Assembly: GCA_028286465.1 (NCBI GenBank)
Contig: JAQBRN010000017.1
Coordinates: forward strand, 1-46,968
DNA: 46,968 nt
Origin: Parcubacteria group bacterium
GTDB lineage: Bacteria > Patescibacteriota > Minisyncoccia > Phycocordibacterales > Zambryskibacteraceae
Direction: 5' to 3'
Part shown: one piece after another, positions 37,084 to 45,986 of the stretch
How the letters are laid out: each line of letters begins with the position of its first letter
How positions within the stretch are numbered: position 1 is the stretch's first letter
Translations under genes and position numbers: made by a program
Notes under the pieces: model-generated
What the model was told of the DNA's origin: nothing
Seen by the model: the letters and a program-made list of their open reading frames with translations, nothing else
Database searches by the model: none

Positions 37084-39002
37084 TATTCGACGCCTAGGAG
37101 ATTTTTCAAAGTATCCTCTGGCACTTCCTTCGGCGCGTCCGGAGCTTTGACGGAAGCGGCTGCAGGTATGACCTCCGTCTCCTGTTTCGCTTCAGGCTGC
37201 GGCGCAACGGGAGGGGTGACTTTCACCTCGGTCTTTTCTTTAAATTGGGAAAGGGTCGGGGCAGGCTTCGGCAGATCGGTCTTCACGATGGCCGAAAGGG
37301 CGCTTCGAAGGTCGTTCAAATTCTTCGGCGATGGATCGCGCTGGTTGTTCTGCTTCTTCTGGAGTTCCGTCAATGACAGTGCGGAGAGCGGCTTGAAGTC
37401 ATCCTGCGGAAGCGCAGATACCGCTTCTTTCTTTATCTGTCTCTCCTCTTTCTGGCGCGCATAGTCGGGCTGCGGAGCGCTTGGAGCGGGAGGATATTCG
37501 CGCTTGCCACGGAGGTCCATCGGCTTCGGTCCGCCTCGGCTCGCGCCAGTCGAGACAGGCTCTCTCCTCTCTTGTACAGGTTCGGCATAGCGAGGCCTGT
37601 CTTGGCTTGCCTTTGGGTAGTCCGATCTCGGCGCTGATCTCGGGTAATCATTTTGTCGCACATCACCATAGCGCTTGTCTTTCGGTGGAGCCTTTACATT
37701 CTCTCTCTTCCCCTCCTCATGCCAGTCGCCGATAATCTTCTCGACCAGGGCTCGGGGCTTCGCGAAGGTGAGACGCGAATTCTTGATAACCTCATCGACC
37801 GAGGATACTTCCGGCTTCTTGATGGGCGGCAGGGTCGTGGCCGAGAAGGGCTGGGAAGAAATACCGTCGATCATCAATTTCAAATAGATTTGGTACGATC
37901 CGAGGTTCACCAGGTCTTCCGCGATGAAGACCGGCGCGAATTCCTTCTCGAGCGTTTCGGCGTCATATGCCCCGACGCGGAACGTGATCATGGTACCGAC
38001 GTTGCCGAAGACGGCAGCCCGCACCTCTTCGGCCATCTGCTCGATGTACTGGTGGGCGATGGTGAGGTTCAATTTATATTTTCTGGCTTCCGAAAGAATG
38101 TCCGCGAAGGACTCATTGGCGAAGGACTGGAATTCGTCGACGAAAAGGTAGAAATTCGGCAGCTTGTTGAGTGCCGCTTCGTTCTGATCGGCGCGGCTCA
38201 TGGCCGAAAGGTAGATCTTCGTAATGAGCATGGAGCCTAAGAGGTTGGCATTGGCTTCTCCGACGCGGCCCTTCGAGAGGTTGACGATCATGATCTTGCC
38301 TTCGTCCATGATCTTTCTGAAGTCGAAGGAGGACTTCTCCTGCCCGATGATGTTTCGCACGAGCGGGTTCGAAGTGAATTGTCCGATCTTGTTCTGGATA
38401 GCCGGCGTGGCCTCTGCCGCGAAACGTTCGGTGTAATTGGCGAATTCCTGCGTCCAATAGGCCTTGACGGAGGAGTCGGTGACGTTCGCCACCACCTTAT
38501 CCCGGTAGTCCTTATCCGTCAGCATCCTATTGATACCGAGCATGGTCGAGCCCGGGTACTCAAGGAGAGCAAGAATAGTATTCTGCAAGATATACTGCAT
38601 GCGGTCGGAGAAGCTCTCCTCGCCGAAGAGCTTCTTGAAGGCGGACATCAGGCCGTTCACCACAAGGTGCCTCTTGTCCGGTCCGACGTCTTCCATAACG
38701 TTGAAGGAAATCGGGTGCTCGATGTCGAAGGGCGCGAAGTACACCACGTCCTTGACGCGCTCGGGCGGAATATACTCAAGAAGAAGCTCTGCGGTCTTGC
38801 CGTGCGGGTCGATGAAACACATCCCCTCGCCTCCCGCGATATCCTGCACGGCCATATTCTCAAGAAGGGTCGACTTACCCATGCCCGTCTTTCCTATGAC
38901 ATAGACATGCTTCAAGCGATCCTTGGCCTTGATGCCGAAGGGTATGCGCCGATTCCTCGAGTCCGTCTCGCCGAAGTACGTTATTTTCTCAGGATCGAAC
39001 AT
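37083..39002 (-). CDS. VirD4/TraD (FtsK-HerA superfamily) coupling-protein-like ATPase with a disordered C-terminal tail
   Basis: HVYVIGKTGMGKS (Walker A), FIDPHG, FYLFVDEFQ (Walker B), SEARKYKL..AHQY, FGNVGT..FRVG. Ends in a ~200-aa Pro/charged low-complexity tail. Confidence 0.85.
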   Translation of the reverse strand: MFDPEKITYFGETDSRNRRIPFGIKAKDRLKHVYVIGKTGMGKSTLLENMAVQDIAGGEGMCFIDPHGKTAELLLEYIPPERVKDVVYFAPFDIEHPISFNVMEDVGPDKRHLVVNGLMSAFKKLFGEESFSDRMQYILQNTILALLEYPGSTMLGINRMLTDKDYRDKVVANVTDSSVKAYWTQEFANYTERFAAEATPAIQNKIGQFTSNPLVRNIIGQEKSSFDFRKIMDEGKIMIVNLSKGRVGEANANLLGSMLITKIYLSAMSRADQNEAALNKLPNFYLFVDEFQSFANESFADILSEARKYKLNLTIAHQYIEQMAEEVRAAVFGNVGTMITFRVGAYDAETLEKEFAPVFIAEDLVNLGSYQIYLKLMIDGISSQPFSATTLPPIKKPEVSSVDEVIKNSRLTFAKPRALVEKIIGDWHEEGKRENVKAPPKDKRYGDVRQNDYPRSAPRSDYPKASQDRPRYAEPVQERREPVSTGASRGGPKPMDLRGKREYPPAPSAPQPDYARQKEERQIKKEAVSALPQDDFKPLSALSLTELQKKQNNQRDPSPKNLNDLRSALSAIVKTDLPKPAPTLSQFKEKTEVKVTPPVAPQPEAKQETEVIPAAASVKAPDAPKEVPEDTLKNLLGVE

Positions 39003-39067
39003 TTGCCTTGATTATACAACAAAGGGACTTCAGAGGGTATGAAAACAGCCACTTCAACAAGTGGCTG

Positions 39068-39457
39068 TTAGAGGTCGATTTCTTGGGGTTCGTCCTGACT
39101 CGGAGTATCTCCGTCGCGGACATTGATCCTCTTGTCCGAGACTCTCCGTCCGTAGTGCGGGACGGCTTCGGGCACATGATCCGAGGCCCTGCGGCCGTAG
39201 ACATGCGACTCGGCCTGCCTGTCGGCAGGCATGGCTTCAGCCATTTGCACATTGACGAGTGCGCGCTTCCTCAAGTGTCTCTTTTCGGCCTTCGACTTCA
39301 AGGTAAGCCGTCTGTCGACCGAAATGAGAACGGAAAGAAAAACGATAAGGAGTCCGGACGCCACTTCGAAGAACGATTCCCACGAGTGCGGAAAGCCCAA
39401 AACGGGCAAGAGGGCGATGAAGAATCCAAGCGCGAGGATGATACGGGACTTCGGCAT
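39068..39457 (-). CDS. Hypothetical two-TM protein with a charged tail
   Basis: N-terminal hydrophobic hairpin (LPVLGFPHSW). TATACT -10 box 6 nt before ATG. Confidence 0.75.
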   Translation of the reverse strand: MPKSRIILALGFFIALLPVLGFPHSWESFFEVASGLLIVFLSVLISVDRRLTLKSKAEKRHLRKRALVNVQMAEAMPADRQAESHVYGRRASDHVPEAVPHYGRRVSDKRINVRDGDTPSQDEPQEIDL

Positions 39458-39474
39458 GAGACTAGTATACCCGC

Positions 39475-40074
39475 TTACTTCTTCTTTTCAAACGAGAAAT
39501 ACGCGAGTGCGGCAATGGCAAGAATGGCGACGATGGAGAAGACAGACAGCCTTCCGAGGGAAAGAATGGCCGTCACCAGGGTCAGTATCCGAGCGTGGAA
39601 AACATACCCGACCAAGAGATACAAGGGCGCATATACCGCACATGAGATGACACTATACAGAAGGAATTTATGCCACGGGATCCTGATGACGGCTGCGACG
39701 ACCGGATTCAAAAGGCGCCAACCGGGCACGAAGTGGGAAGCGAACACCAGGCCGAAGATCTTCGGCTCGCTTGCATCGATGTACTTCTCCGTCATCTTGC
39801 CTTCCACCTTCTTCGAGAGCGTGGCGGCAACGCGCGCGCCGCCGAGAGTCAGAGAGTAGAGCGCCAGATCGAAGAATGTCGTGGCAAGGATAGAGACGAT
39901 GGCGAAGCCGACGATACTTCCCTTGCCGATGCCTGCGAGATATCCGAGAAGAAGAATAGTGACCCCTTCAGGAATAGGTACCACGTGCCCGCTTGCAAGG
40001 ATCGCGAGAAAGATCCCCGGATACGACAGGTGCGAGAGATGGGCGAGATTCGTGAGGATAAAATTGTGATGCAT
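39475..40074 (-). CDS. DedA family membrane protein
   Basis: VPIPEG..LLLGYLAG, HFVPGWR..PVVA, FLLYSVIS. Start moved to MHHNF (40074) because the track's longer start is antisense to the tRNA. Confidence 0.8.
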   Translation of the reverse strand: MHHNFILTNLAHLSHLSYPGIFLAILASGHVVPIPEGVTILLLGYLAGIGKGSIVGFAIVSILATTFFDLALYSLTLGGARVAATLSKKVEGKMTEKYIDASEPKIFGLVFASHFVPGWRLLNPVVAAVIRIPWHKFLLYSVISCAVYAPLYLLVGYVFHARILTLVTAILSLGRLSVFSIVAILAIAALAYFSFEKKK

Positions 40075-40154
40075 GCTTCGCGTCAGTATAACATTCCGGC
40101 TTTGCCGCGTCCTTGTTTTGAGCCATACATTCTGGTATTCTTGGCTTCGTACAT

Positions 40155-40230
40155 GCGCGTGTAGCTCAGCTGGTAGAGCAATCGACTGATACTCGGTAGG
40201 TCCTTGGTTCGAGCCCAAGCACGCGCACCA
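40155..40230 (+). tRNA. tRNA-Ile (anticodon GAT), CCA encoded
   Basis: GCGCGTG/CACGCGC acceptor stem, GCTC/GAGC D-stem, ATCGA-CT GAT AC-TCGGT anticodon arm, CTTGG-TTCGAGC-CCAAG T-arm, ACCA end. 76 nt. Confidence 0.95.
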
Positions 40231-40234
40231 AATT

Positions 40235-40256
40235 AAAAACTAGCCCGAAGGCTAGT
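40235..40256 (-). terminator. Intrinsic terminator containing the stop codon of the 56-aa ORF
   Basis: ACTAGCC-TTCG-GGCTAGT-TTTT on the minus strand (cUUCGg tetraloop). May also end the tRNA transcript. Confidence 0.75.
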
Positions 40257-40422
40257 GGTGAAAAAACTTATAGAGGCCGGTACCGATGCCCCATGCCACG
40301 ACGATAATGATGATGGCAGCGACAATGGTGTTCGGGCCCAGTTGCCACCAGCTCACTTCGTCTTCAGACTCCGTAGTTTGTGCGGTCGACGCCTGTCGCT
40401 GATATCCGTCTCCGTTCTCCAT
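40252..40422 (-). CDS. Small single-TM protein (56 aa, MENGDG...LYKFFHH)
   Basis: AGGAGGGGG directly before ATG 40422, TTGCAA-16-TAGAGT promoter (40478-40451), C-terminal TM helix. Confidence 0.65.
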   Translation of the reverse strand: MENGDGYQRQASTAQTTESEDEVSWWQLGPNTIVAAIIIIVVAWGIGTGLYKFFHH

Positions 40423-40479
40423 CCCCCTCCTTGTGTGGAGATCTTTGCGTACTCTACTACCCTCATCGATTTTTGCAAC

Positions 40480-40508
40480 AAAAAACCTCGCGACCATTTG
40501 GCGCGAGG
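40480..40508 (-). terminator. Intrinsic terminator of the 75-aa ORF
   Basis: CCTCGCG...CGCGAGG-TTTTTT on the minus strand. Confidence 0.75.
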
Positions 40509-40549
40509 CCTGCGCCCGGGCATTTCCAGGCGACCGCTTTAAAGAATTT

Positions 40550-40777
40550 TCAAGGACGGAACAAGTGCCAAAGATAGTGTCCCAGATCCCACAAACGAAG
40601 AGCGATGAGAACGCCGATGCAGATACAAACTCCACAAACGATAAGTGTAAGCATCACGTCGTCCCATCTCTCATTTGCAGGCGTGGGCCGTCCATTGCGT
40701 TCCCCTGGAGCCAAGGGACCTCCGTCGATCCCCATCCCAAGCCGTCCATATGGGCTGAAACTACGCTTCTTAACCAA
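40550..40777 (-). CDS. Small single-TM protein (75 aa, TTG start; a shorter ATG start is possible)
   Basis: AAAGGAGG at 40789-40782, TTGCAA-16-TAAGCT promoter (40833-40806), C-terminal TM helix. Confidence 0.55.
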   Translation of the reverse strand: MVKKRSFSPYGRLGMGIDGGPLAPGERNGRPTPANERWDDVMLTLIVCGVCICIGVLIALRLWDLGHYLWHLFRP

Positions 40778-40835
40778 ACTGCCTCCTTTCAGTTGATCCG
40801 TGTGGAGCTTACCTATTCAGAACCATATTGCAACA

Positions 40836-40859
40836 CAAAACCGCCTTTCGGCGGTTTTG
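40836..40859 (-). terminator. Terminator of the 16S transcript
   Basis: CAAAACCGCC-GAAA-GGCGGTTTTG hairpin directly after the 3' processing-stem arm. Confidence 0.85.
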
Positions 40860-40860
40860 C

Positions 40861-40886
40861 TTATCGTTCTCTATTTTGTTCCGTTC
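40861..40886 (-). other. 3' arm of the 16S precursor processing stem (pairs with 42550-42575)
   Basis: Reverse complement GAACGGAACAAAATAGAGAACGATAA versus GAACGGAACAAAAGAGAAAACAATAA at 42550, with a 13-bp perfect core. Confidence 0.8.
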
Positions 40887-41002
40887 ACTGGTCTTTCCCA
40901 GCGTCGGACCGTTTTAGGGACTACGATCTTCGTCCATTATATGCTCAATTGAGGCATACAATATCGACACGATTACCCAAGATATTATCTTGAGGTGGTT
41001 CA

Positions 41003-42523
<1,521 letters not shown>

Positions 42524-42718
42524 AACTTCGAATTGCTTCGTCGTTTTTAGAACGGAACAAAAGAGAAAACAATAAATCATTTTTTCTTCTGCTCTGCTTT
42601 AGAATTCGTCCCGCTCGTTCGAGCACCCCCTGTTGCTACTGGGAGTGCTCGTGGTTTCATTTTTTGAATTTCAAGAACTTGCAGTTCTTCAAATCTCTAT
42701 TCAATTGTGAATGTTCAA

Positions 42719-42740
42719 CGCTCTAGACCTGTCTAGAGCG
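42719..42740 (-). repeat. Hairpin at the start of the rrn leader (boxB-like position)
   Basis: CGCTCTAGAC-2 nt-GTCTAGAGCG, a perfect 10-bp inverted repeat just downstream of the rrn -10. Confidence 0.6.
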
Positions 42741-42748
42741 TGGGGTTC

Positions 42749-42776
42749 ATTATACTTATATCTTTCCCCAGGTCAA
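42749..42776 (-). promoter_or_regulatory. rrn promoter
   Basis: TTGACC-16 nt-TATAAT about 225 nt upstream of the 16S. The 16-bp spacer is typical of rrn P1. Confidence 0.8.
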
Positions 42777-42815
42777 GCAGAGATCAAGCCCGGGCAAAAG
42801 GGATCAAATATGGCC

Positions 42816-43442
42816 CTATGTATGGGCTTCCGAGAGGATCTTATAGACGTGCACGTAAGCGAGCCCGGCGACCGGAATAGCCACGAGAAGTCCGACCACG
42901 AGAGCGATGGCCCCGAGGATGACAAGGCCGAGGAGCGTGATGAAGAAACCGAACAATTTCCACTTATGACCCTTGGTCATTGCGGCTGATCGCGTGAACG
43001 ATTCCCCTATCTCGAGATCCGTATCGATGACAAGAAGCGGCACGAAGCAGTATGTAAGTGCGAAGTAGATGCCCGGGATAATGAAAAGAATGCTGAGAAG
43101 CGCCGTGCCGAGAGCGTAGAGAAAGCCCGTAAGAACGAAAACAATGACGTGTTCCGGATGAGCGAAAATTTCCGTCCACTCGGGCTTCTTTCCTTCGTCG
43201 ATCATAAGAAGAAGATTGAGCCAGCCGATCTTCACGATGGTGACAATGACCCAGACGACGATGCCGAGAAGCAATACGGAAATCATTACTTCCCGATGAT
43301 GTCCGCCGGGCATAAGGCCGTCGTGGCTCGCTACGGACTGAAGAACAAAAAGAGAAAGAAGAGAAAAGACAAGCGCCATCTTGTGATTCTTGAAAAGAGT
43401 CCATCCCCGCTTGATAGCAGCACCGATCGAAAATGTTTTCAT
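42816..43442 (-). CDS. Integral membrane protein (DUF975-like)
   Basis: Multi-TM with LFIIPGIYF, FVP.LVID, S..MTKGHKWKLF pattern. Confidence 0.7.
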   Translation of the reverse strand: MKTFSIGAAIKRGWTLFKNHKMALVFSLLSLFVLQSVASHDGLMPGGHHREVMISVLLLGIVVWVIVTIVKIGWLNLLLMIDEGKKPEWTEIFAHPEHVIVFVLTGFLYALGTALLSILFIIPGIYFALTYCFVPLLVIDTDLEIGESFTRSAAMTKGHKWKLFGFFITLLGLVILGAIALVVGLLVAIPVAGLAYVHVYKILSEAHT

Positions 43443-43468
43443 GTATTCATCCTACACTCTATCTTGAT

Positions 43469-43500
43469 AAAGAAAAGCGCGGGCCCCGAAGGACCCGCAC
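43469..43500 (-). terminator. Intrinsic terminator of the lipoprotein-like gene
   Basis: GTGCGGGTCC-TTCG-GGGCCCGCGC-TTTTCTTT (cUUCGg loop, G-U pairs fix the strand). Confidence 0.85.
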
Positions 43501-43503
43501 GTG

Positions 43504-44064
43504 TTATGGCAAGACGATTGCCTGAGTTCTCCATCCGAGAGACAGAGCGGATGCGGTGCTCTCCTTGTGCAGAACACCATCGACCGTCGACCAATTGACC
43601 GCATCGATGCCGGCGGCGTAACTCCCCGGCGAGAGCGGACCGCCGGAAGCGGTGCGGCCTTCGAAAACGAATGTGACGGGAACCACCACGCTGTTGCTCT
43701 CCGGGATCTTGAAGTGATCCGATCCGAACGCGACGACGCCCGATGAGGGCACCGTATAGAGCGACGTTTGAGCGATAGCGAGAAGAACGCGTACGCCGTC
43801 CTTCCAAATCGTAAGCTCGAAAGCCGGAATGGAGGCGGCCTGACTGCCGAGCACCACGTCTCCGCCAGAAGCCTTGATCTCGACCAGAAACGTCGCCATC
43901 AGAACCGAGGACTGGCTGGAACCGGCTGGCACGCTCGATCTCTCGATACTATTCTCGAGAACCGAGAAGGTCGGCGCCGCTTCATGCACCGGCGCTACGG
44001 GCGATTCAGCACATGCCGAGGCGAGTACCGCTCCGAGAACAGCGAAACTTCGACAGAAACGCAT
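43504..44064 (-). CDS. Putative lipoprotein/exported beta-rich protein (186 aa)
   Basis: MRFCRS + hydrophobic core + LASAC lipobox-like motif. GGAG SD; TTGACA-16-TATAAT promoter. Confidence 0.7.
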   Translation of the reverse strand: MRFCRSFAVLGAVLASACAESPVAPVHEAAPTFSVLENSIERSSVPAGSSQSSVLMATFLVEIKASGGDVVLGSQAASIPAFELTIWKDGVRVLLAIAQTSLYTVPSSGVVAFGSDHFKIPESNSVVVPVTFVFEGRTASGGPLSPGSYAAGIDAVNWSTVDGVLHKESTASALSLGWRTQAIVLP

Positions 44065-44112
44065 TGGGGCTTCTCCATGAGGCCGGGGAAATTCAAAAAG
44101 AGCGCTTTCTGT

Positions 44113-44140
44113 ATTATATCAGGATATGAGTATATGTCAA
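44113..44140 (-). promoter_or_regulatory. Consensus sigma70 promoter for 43504..44064
   Basis: TTGACA(44140-44135)-16 nt-TATAAT(44118-44113). Confidence 0.8.
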
Positions 44141-44173
44141 TAGCACACGAGTTATAGCGATCCTCCGGATAAT

Positions 44174-44199
44174 AAAGAAAAGCGAGCCTCTAGGCTCGC
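44174..44199 (-). terminator. Intrinsic terminator overlapping the stop of the 76-aa ORF
   Basis: GCGAGCCT..AGGCTCGC-TTTTCTTT on the minus strand. The TAG stop sits at the hairpin apex. Confidence 0.75.
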
Positions 44200-44420
44200 C
44201 GTAATCTCTGTTCAAATTCTTTGTCGAATTCAGCCCACTCGCTCTCCGTGATCCAGTGAGCGAAATCGATGATGAAATGCCTGCCGCTCTTCTCGAAATA
44301 GACAACTCGCGAGTCGCTATTCAGAAGATTGAAGCCTCTCTCGAGTAGCATCTGGCGAAAGATCCCTTGCTCTACGGGCAGTCCGATCTCGTACCGTTCG
44401 ACTGTGGTCGCGGTGATCAT
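44190..44420 (-). CDS. Hypothetical protein (76 aa), self-contained unit
   Basis: ATG preceded by GGGGG, TTTCAA-17-TAGGAT upstream (44476-44448), terminator at the stop. Confidence 0.6.
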   Translation of the reverse strand: MITATTVERYEIGLPVEQGIFRQMLLERGFNLLNSDSRVVYFEKSGRHFIIDFAHWITESEWAEFDKEFEQRLRRA

Positions 44421-44540
44421 GTTTGCCCCCGTTTGAGTCCCGGGCTAATCCTACTCTCAAACTCTTAAAGTTGAAAGAGTGGGTAGTCTATTTTGCCACC
44501 TTTCTAAGGTCACGAGGAGGGCGAGATCTACAGGCACTAC

Positions 44541-45068
44541 CTAGAAGATAGATACGAAAAAGATCCAAGCGAGAATGGCCACGACAAGCACGACGCCGCC
44601 GGATATCTTTTGGTTCAATAACTTATGACGCTCCCGATCAAGGCATGTGATAGTGATGATAAGCGAAGCAAATGCGAGTATCACGATAGAGGACACCGAC
44701 TTGCTCAAGACGTCTCCCGCCAAGACTTCCCAGATCGCCATGATACCGAGAAGGGCAAGTATGGAAACCGACACGACCAGAAGGCCTACCGTAAGATGGC
44801 GTATGGATGTGAAGGTCGGATTAATATCCGGCACCACGGTAGTTTGTCCGTCCGGGCCCATGACGAGTGCGGATTCCTCTTTGCTGTCGACGAAGCGACC
44901 AGCCACCATAATAAGCACCGACACTCCCGCCAGAAGGCCGAGGGTCTCGAAGGACTTGGTGATCACGTCATGGCTGAAGATATTCCATACTCCCATAATG
45001 GAGATCGCTGAGAGCACCACGACGGCGATAATGAAGAAGAATGCAGACCCGTTTTGTAATTTTTTCAT
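44541..45068 (-). CDS. Hypothetical polytopic membrane protein with an internal duplication
   Basis: Five TMs with two similar units (ISIMGVWNIFSHDVITKS / LGIMAIWEVLAGDVLSKS). TAGGAT 6 nt before ATG. Confidence 0.75.
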   Translation of the reverse strand: MKKLQNGSAFFFIIAVVVLSAISIMGVWNIFSHDVITKSFETLGLLAGVSVLIMVAGRFVDSKEESALVMGPDGQTTVVPDINPTFTSIRHLTVGLLVVSVSILALLGIMAIWEVLAGDVLSKSVSSIVILAFASLIITITCLDRERHKLLNQKISGGVVLVVAILAWIFFVSIF

Positions 45069-45084
45069 ATAGTAATCCTACACC

Positions 45085-45978
45085 CTACTTGGTTTTCTGC
45101 CACTTTTGGAAGGTTACGAGGAGGGGCGAGGCTACGAAGATCGAGGAGTAGGTACCGACGATCACGCCGACGATGAGAAGAAGGGCGAAGTCCTTGGTAG
45201 CCGGAGAACCGACGAGATAGAGTGCGAGAAGGGTGATAAAAATAGTTAAGGATGTGTTGATGGAACGGCCGAAGGTCTGCTGTACCGACTTCCCGACCGT
45301 TTCTTCGAAGGGCTCGGACTTCGGGCTCGTTTTCAGATTCTCGCGAACGCGGTCGAAGACGACGATCGTGTCGTGCACGGAGTATCCGAGGATGGCCAAG
45401 AGTCCCGTGACGAACAGAAGATCGATCTCCACTCCCTTAAAGTGTCCAAGAAAGACGAAGACGCCCGCCGGAATGATGACATCGTGGGCAAGGGCGATGA
45501 TCGTCGCTAAGCCGTACTTCCATGAGGACACAGGCTTCGATACGCCGCGGAAAGCGAAGGTCACGAAAAGGACAATCATCACAACGACGACCGCAATGGC
45601 CTTATAGGCCTTCGACTTCAGCTCCGCACCGGCCACAGGGCCGATAGTATTCTGTCTTTGGATGCTCGGAGAGACGCCGTTCACGGAAATGTCTGCAATG
45701 AGCTTAGTACGCTCACCCTCCGAAAGTTCCTTGGTGCGGATGATGTAATCGCTGTTTCCGGAAGGACGAACGGAGAAACCGCCGATGTTCTCTGCCGTGA
45801 TCTTCGCATTGATGTCATCGAGTGTCGGAGCGCTCTCCGCATACTTCACTTCGGTGAGCGTACCACCTTTGAAGTCGATCGACTCGTTGAAGCCGTAGAA
45901 AATGATGCCGTATGCCGAAAGTGCGATAAGGAGTCCCGAGATCATGAACCATAATTTTCTTTGGCGTACGACGAACAT
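45085..45978 (-). CDS. secF: Protein translocase subunit SecF
   Basis: SIDFKGGT, TIGPVAGAEL, ALAHD, LGYSVHDTIVVFDRVREN, RSINTS, GTYSSIFVASP. Start moved to MFVVRQ (45978). Confidence 0.96.
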   Translation of the reverse strand: MFVVRQRKLWFMISGLLIALSAYGIIFYGFNESIDFKGGTLTEVKYAESAPTLDDINAKITAENIGGFSVRPSGNSDYIIRTKELSEGERTKLIADISVNGVSPSIQRQNTIGPVAGAELKSKAYKAIAVVVVMIVLFVTFAFRGVSKPVSSWKYGLATIIALAHDVIIPAGVFVFLGHFKGVEIDLLFVTGLLAILGYSVHDTIVVFDRVRENLKTSPKSEPFEETVGKSVQQTFGRSINTSLTIFITLLALYLVGSPATKDFALLLIVGVIVGTYSSIFVASPLLVTFQKWQKTK

Positions 45979-45986
45979 AAATTTGT

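Noticed and set aside
40423-40635. N-terminal extension of the 127-aa ORF, and upstream extensions of the ligase, MTase 13801, 16517, 18596, gmd 19621, 24911, 29687, 40218 and secF 46215 ORFs
   Set aside because: The extensions overlap neighbouring genes, promoters, terminators or the tRNA. Internal starts have -10/SD or coupling support.
40200-40860. tRNA-anchored genomic island
   Set aside because: No duplicated tRNA 3' end (att site) and no integrase seen.
40887-40940. GAAGAUCGUAGUCC resembling a group I intron S element
   Set aside because: No matching R/P7 partner or P3-P6 core was found. Reported only as a structured trailer.
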